Assembly: GCA_951804945.1 (NCBI GenBank)
Contig: OX638153.1
Location: 47,926,001 to 47,990,000 of the forward strand
DNA: 64,000 bases
Direction of reading: 5' to 3'
DNA from: Podarcis cretensis
Taxonomy: Eukaryota
The position numbers and the translations under genes were made by a program. The notes beneath the pieces are model-generated. The model had not been told where the DNA came from. It searched no databases and worked only from the letters and a program-made list of their open reading frames with translations. Shown here one piece after another: positions 37,816-48,803 of this stretch. Numbering within the stretch: position 1 is the stretch's first letter; each line of letters opens with the position of its first letter.

Positions 37816-38823
37816 CATTACATCAATAGGGAGCCATACTGCAGAGAAATACTTTTGTACCTAGCATTCCATTCAGCACAGATGCTTTTGAAAAGTTGTC
37901 TTTAATAAAGCTGTTGCTCATAATAAACCCAATTTGGTTATTGCTGCATCTGAGGGGGAAATCGCACAACGCCAATCACAAGCTGTCCTCCACTCCCCAG
38001 AGGCACCGTTCTTGCTATCCTATTTGAGGCAAAACAAAAACCTGTACCAATAATTTTATTTGAAAATTAATGAATTAGAATCAAACTCCTGAAGCAAGCA
38101 GTGCGAGAGACCGCTTTGAATCTCAGCTGTATTAATCAGCATCCGTGCCGTTACAAAGAATAATGTCAAGTCTATTAGAGCTGCTAGAAAGCGAGTTGGG
38201 ACTGGATTGTGTATAGCCTTGAAAACCCTTCTGGCTAGAAAGAGGCCTATATAGACAATACTATTCTTTATCTTTCCCTCTCCCCATATTTTAGATATTC
38301 TGTCTCAGTTTTCAGAATGGGAAGTGTGTGAAGTGTTTTCATATTTTCTAGAACTTTCCATTATTTTCAAGCCCCAGACTCGGTGGCATAGCATAAGCCA
38401 ACACCACCATCTGGCAGCTTCCTCACACGCCACAGCCTCTTTCTGCCCCCTGGGCAGGCTTGAACCAGGAGTGGAACTGCAGCGTTGGGCTGTCGCATGA
38501 GGAAGCTGTCTCTGCAGCTCCTTTGCATTCCTTTGCACCAGGGTATTATGAGGGAGCCTGTTGTGGAGGTGCCTGGTCACACCCCCTCAAAAAAATGCAC
38601 CCAGGGCCAGAGGAACCCCCCCATGCCATGCCATGCCACTGCCACCCAAAGGTCTGTAGCTAAAGCACTCAGCATACAAAATTCACTGTTCTTACAACAA
38701 TGTTGTAATGACTTGAGCTTATTTGAATTATTGAACTCAATTGTTATGAAAATGTTGGGAATCCACAAGAGGCAACATATAGTGAAACAGTAAGCCACCT
38801 TCCCCATAGATTTGATGACAGTG

Positions 38824-39319
38824 TGTCTTGCATGAAAAGTCCTCTCCTCTCTTTGGTAACTTTACAAACAAGAATTAATGAGCAGCTTATATTTTATGGT
38901 TCTTTTTATTCAGTCATCTGGTTACAAGCAAAAATCCACATCTCTTCATAAGGAGAGCAGTTGGCTACTCTCAGTCCTCCCCGTTCCGTCCCCAGCAACA
39001 TCCTGGGCACCAACAGGAAGTTCCTCCTCCTCTCTGTTCTTTGTTCTCTAATACGGACAGACCTCCTAGTTCTTGGAGAGGGAGGGTCCCCCACACTCTA
39101 ATGAGTCTCTGCTGGCTGTTCCCTCCCTTCTGTTTCTCTTTCCACTATCTTGTAACTAGGCAACTCCTGTCGAAGCTGCTCAGTGTCTGTGTCTCTCTCT
39201 GCTCCTGAAACCACTGGAAACAAGGGGGTGAATCTTCCCCCTCCTCCTTCTCTTCAGAAAGGAGCGGATCTGCCTGAGAATGCATTCCCCACTCCTCTGA
39301 TTCAGACCATTCCCTGACA
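38824..39319 (-). mobile_element. Solo LTR (probably Gypsy-type), 496 bp
   Basis: TGTC...GACA ends, perfect 5-bp TSD CAGTG (38819-23, 39320-24), minus-strand AATAAA at 38905-10. Confidence 0.85.
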
Positions 39320-39820
39320 CAGTGCAATGGAATGAAAGAAGGCCTTGAGCAGGCCCATTTTGCATGAGAACAGACTGCTTCAGTGCAAATTGATAGGTCT
39401 ATAGGTTTAATGGGCTACTTGCAACAAACCAATATCCAGTGCAAAACTTGAGTGTGTCTGCATAGCAATGTGGACCACTGGAATATAATAAGAACACTTA
39501 GCATTCATATAGGTCCAGGCCAGGTGTTATTCTAAACATTAATTTAGCATTCCAGAAACAAGCCATTTTTTACTCCCCCCGCCTCCTCTTCCTCCAACAG
39601 ATACCAAAGAAGGAAGTTGGAAGCATTCACTTCCTTGTAAACTGCAGTTTCTTATTACATCAGAATCAGGAATTACAGCTCAATAAACTTATCAATTTTG
39701 GAAGTTATGGTTTGATCTTGACTTGTTTCAATAAGCCATAGTTTCAACAAAACACAGTTCAAATTGCATGACAAACTGTGGTTAGTGCAAAACAAGAATC
39801 TGATGCTTCCAATTTCCTCC

Positions 39821-40225
39821 TTCAGAACTTACTGGGTTAATTGTGTTCTGAGTTGTGCCTCCCATTCTCTGACATTTGAAAGGAGGGAGGAGCTCTACTT
39901 GTTGTTCTCTCTGTGTCTCTGAGAGAGCAGGACGCCATGAATGCTAGCAGTCCAGGAGGAGCTGAGAAATGCTGAGCTGTAAATATTTGCTGCAATAAAG
40001 AACTGTTGAATTTGGACACACAATGCTTGGTGTGTTTGGATCTGAAGCAGGCTCACAACAGTTTTGATCCGCTGTGTTTTTACTCTGCAAGGCGAAACCG
40101 GAGAGGAGAAGGTCTGAGAGCAGCGTGGCTGGGAAGCGTGCCGGACCACATTATACTGGGGCTAATTGGGGCCATAAAGCAATTAGCTGGCCAGTGCAAT
40201 TAAGATCTTATCAGATTTCGTCACA
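39821..40225 (+). repeat. 5' LTR (405 bp, lacks the first 8 nt TGTTGGGA)
   Basis: Matches 43147-43551 with 2 substitutions seen; AATAAA at 39994; ends in ..TCACA. Confidence 0.95.
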
Positions 40226-40239
40226 GGTTATGGAGGACC
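40226..40239 (+). promoter_or_regulatory. Primer-binding site, copia type (tRNA-iMet anticodon-arm), diverged
   Basis: GGTTATGGAGGACC directly after the LTR; the first 8 nt match the Drosophila copia-type GGTTATGGGCCCAG. Confidence 0.7.
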
Positions 40240-40475
40240 TAATTACCGCTAATAAAACTGTTGCTGTGAGTCTGCCGGTGAGCTTTGAAGTCAGCTTTGA
40301 AGAGCTGGGAGGACGCTAGACGAAGCGGAGGTCTGCGTTCTGTGTTTTGCCTGCTGCAGAGAGGCAAGAGTTGCTGAGGCAGAGAGCTGGGAAAGCAGCT
40401 GTGAAGAATCGGGTGCCGGAGAGCTGACTGGTGAAACGTGAGTACAGCAGCTGGGGCCCCGGGAAAGAGGAGAAA

Positions 40476-40874
40476 ATGGCAGACAGCCAGGTCCTGGAGG
40501 ACGTTCCGCTTGAAAAGCTCACTTTAAGAAGTTGGGCAACCTGGTCCAGAAGAGTAAGGGGTTGGTTTCTGGTTACTGGGCTTTGGGATGTAAGCCAGAA
40601 AGAGCCACTTCCCCTGACAGACATTGCAGGCTTTGAGGCTGCGTTGCCTGAAGATAGCCAGCAGAGAATGCAAAGAGAGCTTGCTATGCTGAAAGCATGC
40701 GTACATGCATCACTTTTGCCCAGTTTGGAGGGCGTAAAGTCAGCAAGGGCTGCCTGGGAGGTGCTGAGAAGTTTGTGTGAAACTTCAGCAGGAGACCGGA
40801 GCCCTGGACAAGTCATGCAGAGCCTGGAGATGGCTGTAGCCCCAGTCCCTGAGGTGCAAGTCGGGGGGGGCTGA
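40476..40874 (+). CDS. gag: Copia Gag N-terminal part (DUF4219/UBN2-like), ended by a frameshift in a G8 run
   Basis: EKLTLRSWATWSRRVRGWFLVTGLWDV...VKSARAAWEVLRSL fits the copia gag pattern (KL..NY..W......L....LW; TA..AW..L). Confidence 0.8.
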   Translation: MADSQVLEDVPLEKLTLRSWATWSRRVRGWFLVTGLWDVSQKEPLPLTDIAGFEAALPEDSQQRMQRELAMLKACVHASLLPSLEGVKSARAAWEVLRSLCETSAGDRSPGQVMQSLEMAVAPVPEVQVGGG

Positions 40875-40908
40875 GAATTCCAAAGGCAAGTTTCAAAAGT
40901 TTTCCACT

Positions 40909-42981
40909 GTGAGTGCTGAAGTGAAACGCAGTTTCAGCGAGGGCAGGGCTGGCACAGAGTGCTCTTCCGGAAGAAGGGGGGCCAGGCCAGCTGAAAGGAG
41001 CCCTGGGCAGTATTTTTCCACTGGGGATTGTCGTCGTCAGCCAAAGTCTGGAAGGCTGAGGCGAGCTAGACGTTTCAAGGTCGGCCACCTGGACAAAGTG
41101 AAGATAAGGCCTAAAGAGTCGCGTGGGAACGCAGAGGCCAGGCCGGTCTCCAAGGCAACGGAGGAGGCTACTTCTACGGAAGCTGCCAAGGTCCTGAGCA
41201 AGGGGGAGTTGGTTGCCAAGACAACCAGACAGAACTGCTGCAGAAGCCCAGAGAGAGGGGGCAGCGATACGTTTGTTGCCAGTATGGCTTTGTTTGAGGA
41301 CAGCTCTGAGAGACACACTGATTTTCGCTTTTTAATCGACTCAGCAGCTAACTGCAACCTGATCCCAGAGACCCCTGCAGTCGAGATGTGGAATTGCAAG
41401 GCAATTCCGGCTGGGAAAACTGTTCAGTTTGCAAGTGGGGAAAAGAAAAATGTGACTAACATTGCAAATGTATTGTTTTCTGTTTTGCAGGAGCAGATGG
41501 AAGTGTGCATTGTGCCGGGAGTGCAACACTGTATTTTATCTGTGCCTTATTTGTTGAAAAAGGGGTTTAAGGTTTGCTTTGAACACGATGTTTGTACAAT
41601 CTCCAAAGGAGGGAAGCAACTGGTCAGAGTTGCAAAGGGGCAGAATGATCTCTTCATTCTTAAAACGTCTCTGGAGGGTGAGGGGAAGGTTGAGAAAGCA
41701 CAAGCCCTGCGTGCTACAGTTCCCACTCATGTTTCATGTTCTTGTGTGTGGCATAAGAAGACAGCGCATGCTTGTCTTGAAGAACTACAGGTGCTACCTG
41801 AGGTTTCCAAAGGCTGTAGAATTGAAGAATGTGCAAGAGTCCTAGATTGTCAGGCTTGCAGACAGGCAAAGGTAAGAGGGTGCAGTTACCCCAGGGTGGA
41901 GAGGGTAACCACAAAACCTTTTGATCTTGTGCACATAGATCTGTTGGGTCCCATGAAGGAACCAAGTTTGGGAGGGGCCAGGTTTCTGCTGACACTGCAG
42001 GATGATTTTTCGCAGACCACCTGGACACATGGTCTCAAATCCAAGGAAGATGCAGCACAGCTGATTAGACGTTGGATTGAGGAGGTGGAACTAATGTTCT
42101 CCACGAAGGTCAGGGAAATTACTAGTGACAGAGGTTCACAGTTTACTGGGTCTGCTTTGCAGAAGTTCTTTCACAAGAAAGGGATAAGTCACACAGTGAC
42201 TTCTCCTCAACAGAGGGGGGTGGCAGAGCTCAGAAGTGAGGCTCTGGTTAAGGCTGCACAGGTGATGCTGTCAGATTCTGGGTTATCTCCAAAGTTTTGG
42301 ATGGAGGCAGTTAAATATGTGAGCTTCACCTGGAATCGGTCCTACAATTCAGTGGTAGGAGACACACCGTTTTTCATGCTTCACGGGAGGAAACCGCAGG
42401 TTCACTTCCTCCGTGCGTTCGGATCAACGGCCTTGCTGCCGGTGCCTGAAGCTTTGCGAGGGCCAGGTGAACCCGAGTTCCAGAAAATGATCTTCTGTGG
42501 GTATGAGCCAACGGCTCGTGCATGGAGGTTTGCGTACCCGTCAGGTGATCAGAGTAAGTTGCTGATCAGTAAACACGCTGAGTTCTGTAAGCAGGAGGAA
42601 AGGTCAAAGACCCCTGCCAGACGCGATATTCTTTCAGAATGTCTTTCTGATTCAGAGGAGGAAGGTTCTGATGAGGAGGAAGGAGAGCCAGGGGCTGAGT
42701 CTGCTGATGACGATCAGCTCACTGACCAAAGTCAGGAGCAGGATGGGGCATCTCCCCAAGTTGTAAAAAGAGAGCCCAAGAGTGAGCCTAGTTCTCCTGT
42801 GAGGGTAATTCCAAGGGTTCGAAGACGCGTTATAAGTCAGAGGGGGAATCCCAGGATGCAGAGGACACACCTGCTGACCACAGTGAGTCAGAGGAAGTGC
42901 CTGAGTTTGTGCCCAGGCGGTCCAGTCGCACAACGAAGGGAATTCCACCTGAGAGGTATCAGGCCACAGGTGCGTGGGTAA
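40909..42981 (+). CDS. pol: Copia pol fragment: aspartic protease, GAG-pre-integrase (HHCC), rve integrase, acidic linker
   Basis: FLIDSAA (D at 41338); WHKKTAH..CQAC (41749-41859); VHIDLLGP (D 41938), SDRG (D 42127), GVAE (E 42226); FWMEAV..NR, TPF..LHGRKP..FLRAFGS, IFCGYE. Confidence 0.92.
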   Translation: MSAEVKRSFSEGRAGTECSSGRRGARPAERSPGQYFSTGDCRRQPKSGRLRRARRFKVGHLDKVKIRPKESRGNAEARPVSKATEEATSTEAAKVLSKGELVAKTTRQNCCRSPERGGSDTFVASMALFEDSSERHTDFRFLIDSAANCNLIPETPAVEMWNCKAIPAGKTVQFASGEKKNVTNIANVLFSVLQEQMEVCIVPGVQHCILSVPYLLKKGFKVCFEHDVCTISKGGKQLVRVAKGQNDLFILKTSLEGEGKVEKAQALRATVPTHVSCSCVWHKKTAHACLEELQVLPEVSKGCRIEECARVLDCQACRQAKVRGCSYPRVERVTTKPFDLVHIDLLGPMKEPSLGGARFLLTLQDDFSQTTWTHGLKSKEDAAQLIRRWIEEVELMFSTKVREITSDRGSQFTGSALQKFFHKKGISHTVTSPQQRGVAELRSEALVKAAQVMLSDSGLSPKFWMEAVKYVSFTWNRSYNSVVGDTPFFMLHGRKPQVHFLRAFGSTALLPVPEALRGPGEPEFQKMIFCGYEPTARAWRFAYPSGDQSKLLISKHAEFCKQEERSKTPARRDILSECLSDSEEEGSDEEEGEPGAESADDDQLTDQSQEQDGASPQVVKREPKSEPSSPVRVIPRVRRRVISQRGNPRMQRTHLLTTVSQRKCLSLCPGGPVAQRREFHLRGIRPQVRG

Positions 42982-43123
42982 GTTTCGCACAGTGCGAATC
43001 TGAGAGTTGTGAGGATGTTCCACAGATGCCTGACAGGAACGCCAGGAGAGGGCGCAAGGCATTGGGGAAGGGATTGATCTCACAGAGGTCTGCAAAGGTA
43101 CATCCACAAATCACCTCAGGAAT

Positions 43124-43138
43124 GGAGGCAAGAGGGGG
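43124..43138 (+). promoter_or_regulatory. Polypurine tract
   Basis: GGAGGCAAGAGGGGG directly before the TG of the 3' LTR. Confidence 0.85.
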
Positions 43139-43551
43139 TGTTGGGATTCAGAACTTACTGGGTTAATTGTGTTCTGAGTTGTGCCTCCCATTCTCTGACG
43201 TTTGAAAGGAGGGAGGAGCTCTACTTGTTGTTCTCTCTGTGTCTCTGAGAGAGCAGGACGCCATGAATGCTAGCAGTCCAGGAGGAGCTGAGAAATGTTG
43301 AGCTGTAAATATTTGCTGCAATAAAGAACTGTTGAATTTGGACACACAATGCTTGGTGTGTTTGGATCTGAAGCAGGCTCACAACAGTTTTGATCCGCTG
43401 TGTTTTTACTCTGCAAGGCGAAACCGGAGAGGAGAAGGTCTGAGAGCAGCGTGGCTGGGAAGCGTGCCGGACCACATTATACTGGGGCTAATTGGGGCCA
43501 TAAAGCAATTAGCTGGCCAGTGCAATTAAGATCTTATCAGATTTCGTCACA
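43139..43551 (+). repeat. 3' LTR (413 bp, TGTTGG...TCACA)
   Basis: TG..CA ends, follows the PPT, direct repeat of the 5' LTR. Confidence 0.95.
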
Positions 43552-44744
43552 GAGTGCTCATTGATTTAGTTTTGCATCTGAAAAATGCAAATGTGTTTAA
43601 AAGTCATTTAAGACAGGGCCTGAGAGAACAGAGTCTTGTCTGCTACTATGTTTGCTCTGATTCTTTTATATTCATTTACCACACCAACCACATTTTAATT
43701 CTCAAAGGCCATTTGGCACAAAAATCTATTTCCAGGATTCCAAAAAGTTTCATTCCTTAATGCAGACCAAACTGCTACTGAATCAGGTTTTGAATTTTTT
43801 GGGGAACCATTATAATAGTCTCCAAGGAAACTGACAGTACAAATATGTTCTACACAAATAACTATTTCCACATTAATGTAAGGGCTCACTTTTTCACAAG
43901 AATTGAAGTATACAGGAAATATCTTAGTATTGAAAGAATGCTAGAAATCCATTCTTTTGAAAGGAAAACACCTATATGCATCATCTATTATCCCTTTATT
44001 ACTTTCCACCCTTGCAGTATGGAAACAATGTTGACATTTAATATTTGTTCTGGAGAATTGATTTCGTAGCATGATGAGGTCCGGTGAGACAAAAAGGGGA
44101 GGGGGGAATACTTCATTGCAGTGTATTTCCTAGGGTTTTTTAATCATTCAAATCCTAAATGGAATTGGGGAAATAAATTGCTTTTCATTCTTTTTCTTCA
44201 TTTCTCATAGGAAAAGTGTCTGACAGCAGCTGTACACTGTAATACTTGAGCCTGTGACACCATCCATAGAGGACAAGACTGGGAATTATGTTTATTTATT
44301 TATTACTATTACTATTACAAAACATTGTTTGAGCTAGAGATATGAAACCTGTAGCTACAGAGACTTCACTGGGGGAGGGGGGAAGAGGCATATTATAATA
44401 ATAAGCAGAACAACACCATAACCCCCAACTTCCCCTCATGCAACACACTTAGCTGTCTTGCTGCGAGTAGTGAAATGATATATCAGTGCATTTTCAAGTC
44501 AACAAGACAATTTGCAAACTCCCAGTCCCCAAAGTGTCAGAAGATTATCATATTGCTGTCTGGTAACTCAGAATAATAGATCCTTTTGGGGAGGCTACAA
44601 TAGCAGCTTCAGAGATGTAGGTTTTTTCCAGCCAAATATTGGCAGGATATCTTGAAATGCAACATGTGTTATTTACAGGTTGTACTTTTTGCAGGAAGCA
44701 GTAGTGTCACTTGTTGCAGCAACACACGGATGAGGCGCTTGTCG

Positions 44745-44868
44745 CAAACAAGGTGCTGGGAATCAAAAGTGGGGAGAGTGGTTGTACCACTCAGGTCCTG
44801 TTTGCAGGCTGCACTGTGAGAACAGAATGCTGGACCAGATGGAGCCTTGGCCTGAGCTAGCAGACACT
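44745..44868 (+). mobile_element. CR1 LINE 3' UTR remnant
   Basis: TGCTGGGAATCAAAAGTGGGGAGAGT..CAGGTCCTG..CACTGTGAGAACAGAATGCTGGACCAGATGG. Confidence 0.6.
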
Positions 44869-47800
44869 CACAGAGTGAAACAAACAAACCATCTCAGGTC
44901 TGAATGAATTGCTAAACCATTGCTTTTCCCTGGATATCATGACAGCAGCAGGACTGTGTGAGGAATGCAATAGCTCCAATCTTCACTCTAAGAAACTGCA
45001 CACTTGTTCATTCTAAGCCATGGTTGGGATATGCAAATTGGGCCTGTGTCAGTTGGCTATGGAAAGCCCTGAAATTTCAGGTGACCTCTACAAGAAGTAC
45101 TTTCAACCCCGTGTAAAACATATATGCCCTATTTAAAAAATAAAACGAATGAGTGAGTGGTGGCCTCTCTTTAAATTCAGGCTTAGAATGAAACCTGAAT
45201 CTTGTAATAAAAACCAAGGCCCTATATTCTAAAATGAAAAGAACATTTTCCCATTTCTAACTGGAAAGACACACAGATTCTAAAGTGCAAGAAGATAATT
45301 AAAACTTGTGATTTAGCTCACTTAAAGTTGATTTTGCCAGTTTAGAATCTTGTACATTTATTGCCGAGACTCAGAATTGTTACAGGTAATATATTTTATT
45401 GAACCAAACTGAATTACAAGAAATAAAATTCAGAGCTGATTAGTTTTCATATTCTTTCTTTATAATGGTCTTCATACCTTTGGCAACTGACCTTGACCCA
45501 TTTTCCTGCCTTTTACAAATGCCTTATGTGATTTTCCAACAATCACTATACGTTTCATTAAGACTTACTATTGACATATTCCCCAGAAAATTTGTGAATT
45601 AGTAAATGCTAAAATGAATAGCTATGGTAATTGCAGCTATTCTTTTTAACAGCCTAATGCATAAGTAAGTTGTTCAAGACTTCTTAATCCCTGTTTTCTC
45701 CCCTTAAATTGCCATAAATGGGTTTAAGGATCTTCATTACTGGCTCCAGAAAATGCTCTCAAGTGAGTATCTGTGTACTTGGGGGGGGCACATTGTCCAA
45801 TACATCTGTATGCATTTAGTTTCTTATTTGTTTAAGGTTTTTTTGTTTATTACGCAACCACTCAACAACTCTCCAGTGAAACAAATCCTTCCATCAGTGC
45901 ATCATTTCCCAAACAGTTCCATTATAACGGTGCAATAAATCAAAGAGGTGATTTGTGATTTGTAAACAGCATAACATCATTATCTGAATGAGTACCCTTT
46001 ATGATCTTGTGCAGTAATGTGTTCAGGTTGTTAGCAACTGTTAATTAAAAGGACAGGTTTTCCATTATAAATGCAGGGACGGTTCAAACAGGATTATCCG
46101 CACCTAAAGTTTCTACTATTGAGGTAAAAAAAGACATTGAGCATTTGCTACTTACATAGATGCTTTAGCAAAGGTGTTGTACTCTAAATAGGGAAAATAT
46201 ATAGGGTGGAATTCAACATCATACAGGGTAGGGGAGAGAGGAGGGGCAAGCCCCACTGCACTAGCAGGAGTCCTTGCACTAGCTTCTGCTAGCAGGACAA
46301 CATATTTGAATCTGGCCCTTAATTCCTAGAGCAGACCTTGTGGGGGGCCCTTAATTCCTGTCCCGCAGACCTTGTGGGGGGCCAGACTATATTTTTTTTG
46401 GAGGGGAAACTGATGCAAGAGTACCACAAGCCCCAGTGGCAACTTACCTGTGTCTTGCAAGCGGCAGGGGCTGGGGGTGGCAACGGGACATAGAGCAGCA
46501 TGCAAAAGGGCTCTGAAGAGGGGCTGCTTAAAATGGCAGCCGCTCGAGCACTGCTGCTGCTGGCACCAACAAAGCCCAGCCCCCTTCCTCCCCTCGGCAG
46601 GGTGCTGTGCTAGTTTTAGCTTCACCACCCTTGGGTTCTAATGGAGTCAGTTGCAGATGGGGTGATGGAGCTGCACGTTCACCTGATCTCTCTCTGACTG
46701 AGTCACAGCTGCATGCTGGGATGGAGAGAGGAATGGACAAGGCAGAGAGCTCAGTGCAGTAGAAATGCACCTGCAGGAGCACAAATGTGCCAGGACAGCT
46801 CCGCCAGCTTGTTTGCACCACGCCAGCCTTGCCACCACCTGGCCCCTCCTGCTCTCAGTATGGTCAGCTCAGCATGACCACACCACCATTCACTGTTGTA
46901 TAGAGGTATAGAGCCCTGGAGAGCAGTTCATAACAATTGTTTGTGTATAGCAGAAATTCTAACGGGAAGAAAAGGCAACAGAAGCCTTCCTTTATTCACT
47001 AGGGACCACGCAACCAAATGTCAGTTTCATAAATATTTATAAAGATAATCATCAGACAAACTATATTTGAGTCTTAACTGTTTAAGGATATTACAACTGC
47101 TTTACATTTTTTAACAAAACCTGTAGCTCTTCCATACTCTTGGGATCACACCTTCCTGATGCTGTGTTTTTACAACTCAATGAAAAACGATATTCCATCT
47201 TGAGATTAAAAAGGTTCACTGATGCAATTTTCTAGAGCTCTCCAAAAGATCACTATTTTCATTGCTTACATAAAACAATGCCCTGAACCTTGCCCTGAGC
47301 TTTTTTGGGCGATAGAGCAGAATTCATGATGATGATTATGATGATGATGATTGCCAGCACCAGTATTATTACTATTAATCTCATTATTGTTATTGTTAAC
47401 TTCACTACTGAGCAAAGTACCCACAACTACCAGGCATGCTCTTCTCAAAAATTTCTTCCACATCTCTTTTTTAAGCCATTCTCCTTAAATCAATGAGAAA
47501 AGAAATTGTTTTTGAAAATTATGAAGGGGAGAGAGAAGATATGGTGACATTCTCATGGGTGGGATGCAGTATTTGTGTTTGTGAGTGTTCTCCCTTTCCA
47601 GTCGTCTCACCAGCGGCCTGCACTGTACAGCCTTCATAGATGCCCATGCTTCAATTAAAGAGCATCATGAGGTAGCTCCTCCCATGGGGCTTTTTCAGAT
47701 CTGGAAGCTTGAGCAGACAGGGAAGCTACAGGGAGTGCTGGATAAATGTTAACTGGAAAGGAAAAAGCACACACCACGGTTGGCCACCTTGCAGTGACAA

Positions 47801-48707
47801 GGTAAGCTCAAAACCCTTCACCCACCAAAATTATGAAGGAGTTCTAAAGTGCAAAGAGAACAAGGTAGAAAAATGGACCCCACTTTCAAAGCAGGAGGAA
47901 ACTTTTGAGGAATTGGAGGGTGGATTTAAGAATAGCACTTCTCAAAAGAGTACTGCCCCCCAATAATAAGATGTCTTCCTAGGGACTGTTCCTCACCCTC
48001 CACAGCACCTCTGCTTAAGGCATAAGTCCAGTTAATATAATAAGTAGTCTTGCTGTATAGAATCAGAAAGCACGCCATAGCTCTTTTTCCTTATTATCCT
48101 TTTTTATTATTTAATACTCTGCATATCCCATTAAAGCATTCCTACATGTTGAAAAATGCAGGTAAATTACTGATGATTCTGAATAGGAATATGTAATGGA
48201 TTCTCATGAAAACTCAAATGCTAAGTAATAGATATTGTCCATCTACAGAGTGGCTTTAGGTTATATCAAAGTGCACAGCAGCATAAAAGGGTCCAAATAG
48301 CATTTTCTTAAGAAGTGAAGTGTTTAAGCAGGAGCCTGTCACTAAAGAACTTGAGTTTTATCACTGAGGTGTTCCACAAATTAGAGTTACATCCCATAGA
48401 ATCATTTCCTATTCAAACCGTCTCTAAACACTCCAGTATCTAAAATGTAAGCCTCTGCCTGTGCTGCCCACATGAAATGTCTCCTCTATCTGATGAGTAA
48501 TTGATGCCTTATTTTCATATTGGCTCTTAAGACAGATGTCCCTCTTCTTCTCAGGGGCGCTAAGGGCTGGGTGGTGGACACAGACTCCAACTGCCTGATG
48601 CTCAAGCAGGAACAAGGCGCAAACTCCTTGTACTTTTGAGGGGGGGACAATTACATTGTATTTCTATGTCTGCACAAAAGTAAGTGCCATTGATACTTCC
48701 ATATATC

Positions 48708-48764
48708 TAAGCCGCCCAGAGTGGCTGGGGAGGCCCAGCCAGATGGGCGGGGTATAAATAATAA

Positions 48765-48802
<38 letters not shown>
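48708..48802 (+). mobile_element. L2-type LINE extreme 3' end with (ATT)n tail
   Basis: Same 3'UTR as 18132-18238. Confidence 0.75.

Positions 48803-48803
<1 letters not shown>

Larger units (their letters stand above)
39821..43551 (+). mobile_element. Ty1/copia LTR retrotransposon, young, non-autonomous (RT/RNase H absent)
   Basis: Two near-identical LTRs, PBS-like site, PPT, copia domain order Gag-PR-GAG-pre-INT-INT. Confidence 0.95.

Noticed and set aside
40020-40120. Hammerhead ribozyme in the copia LTR (CTGAAG..GAAACC..GGTC)
   Set aside because: The core is CTGAAGC rather than CTGANGA, and stems I and II do not form.
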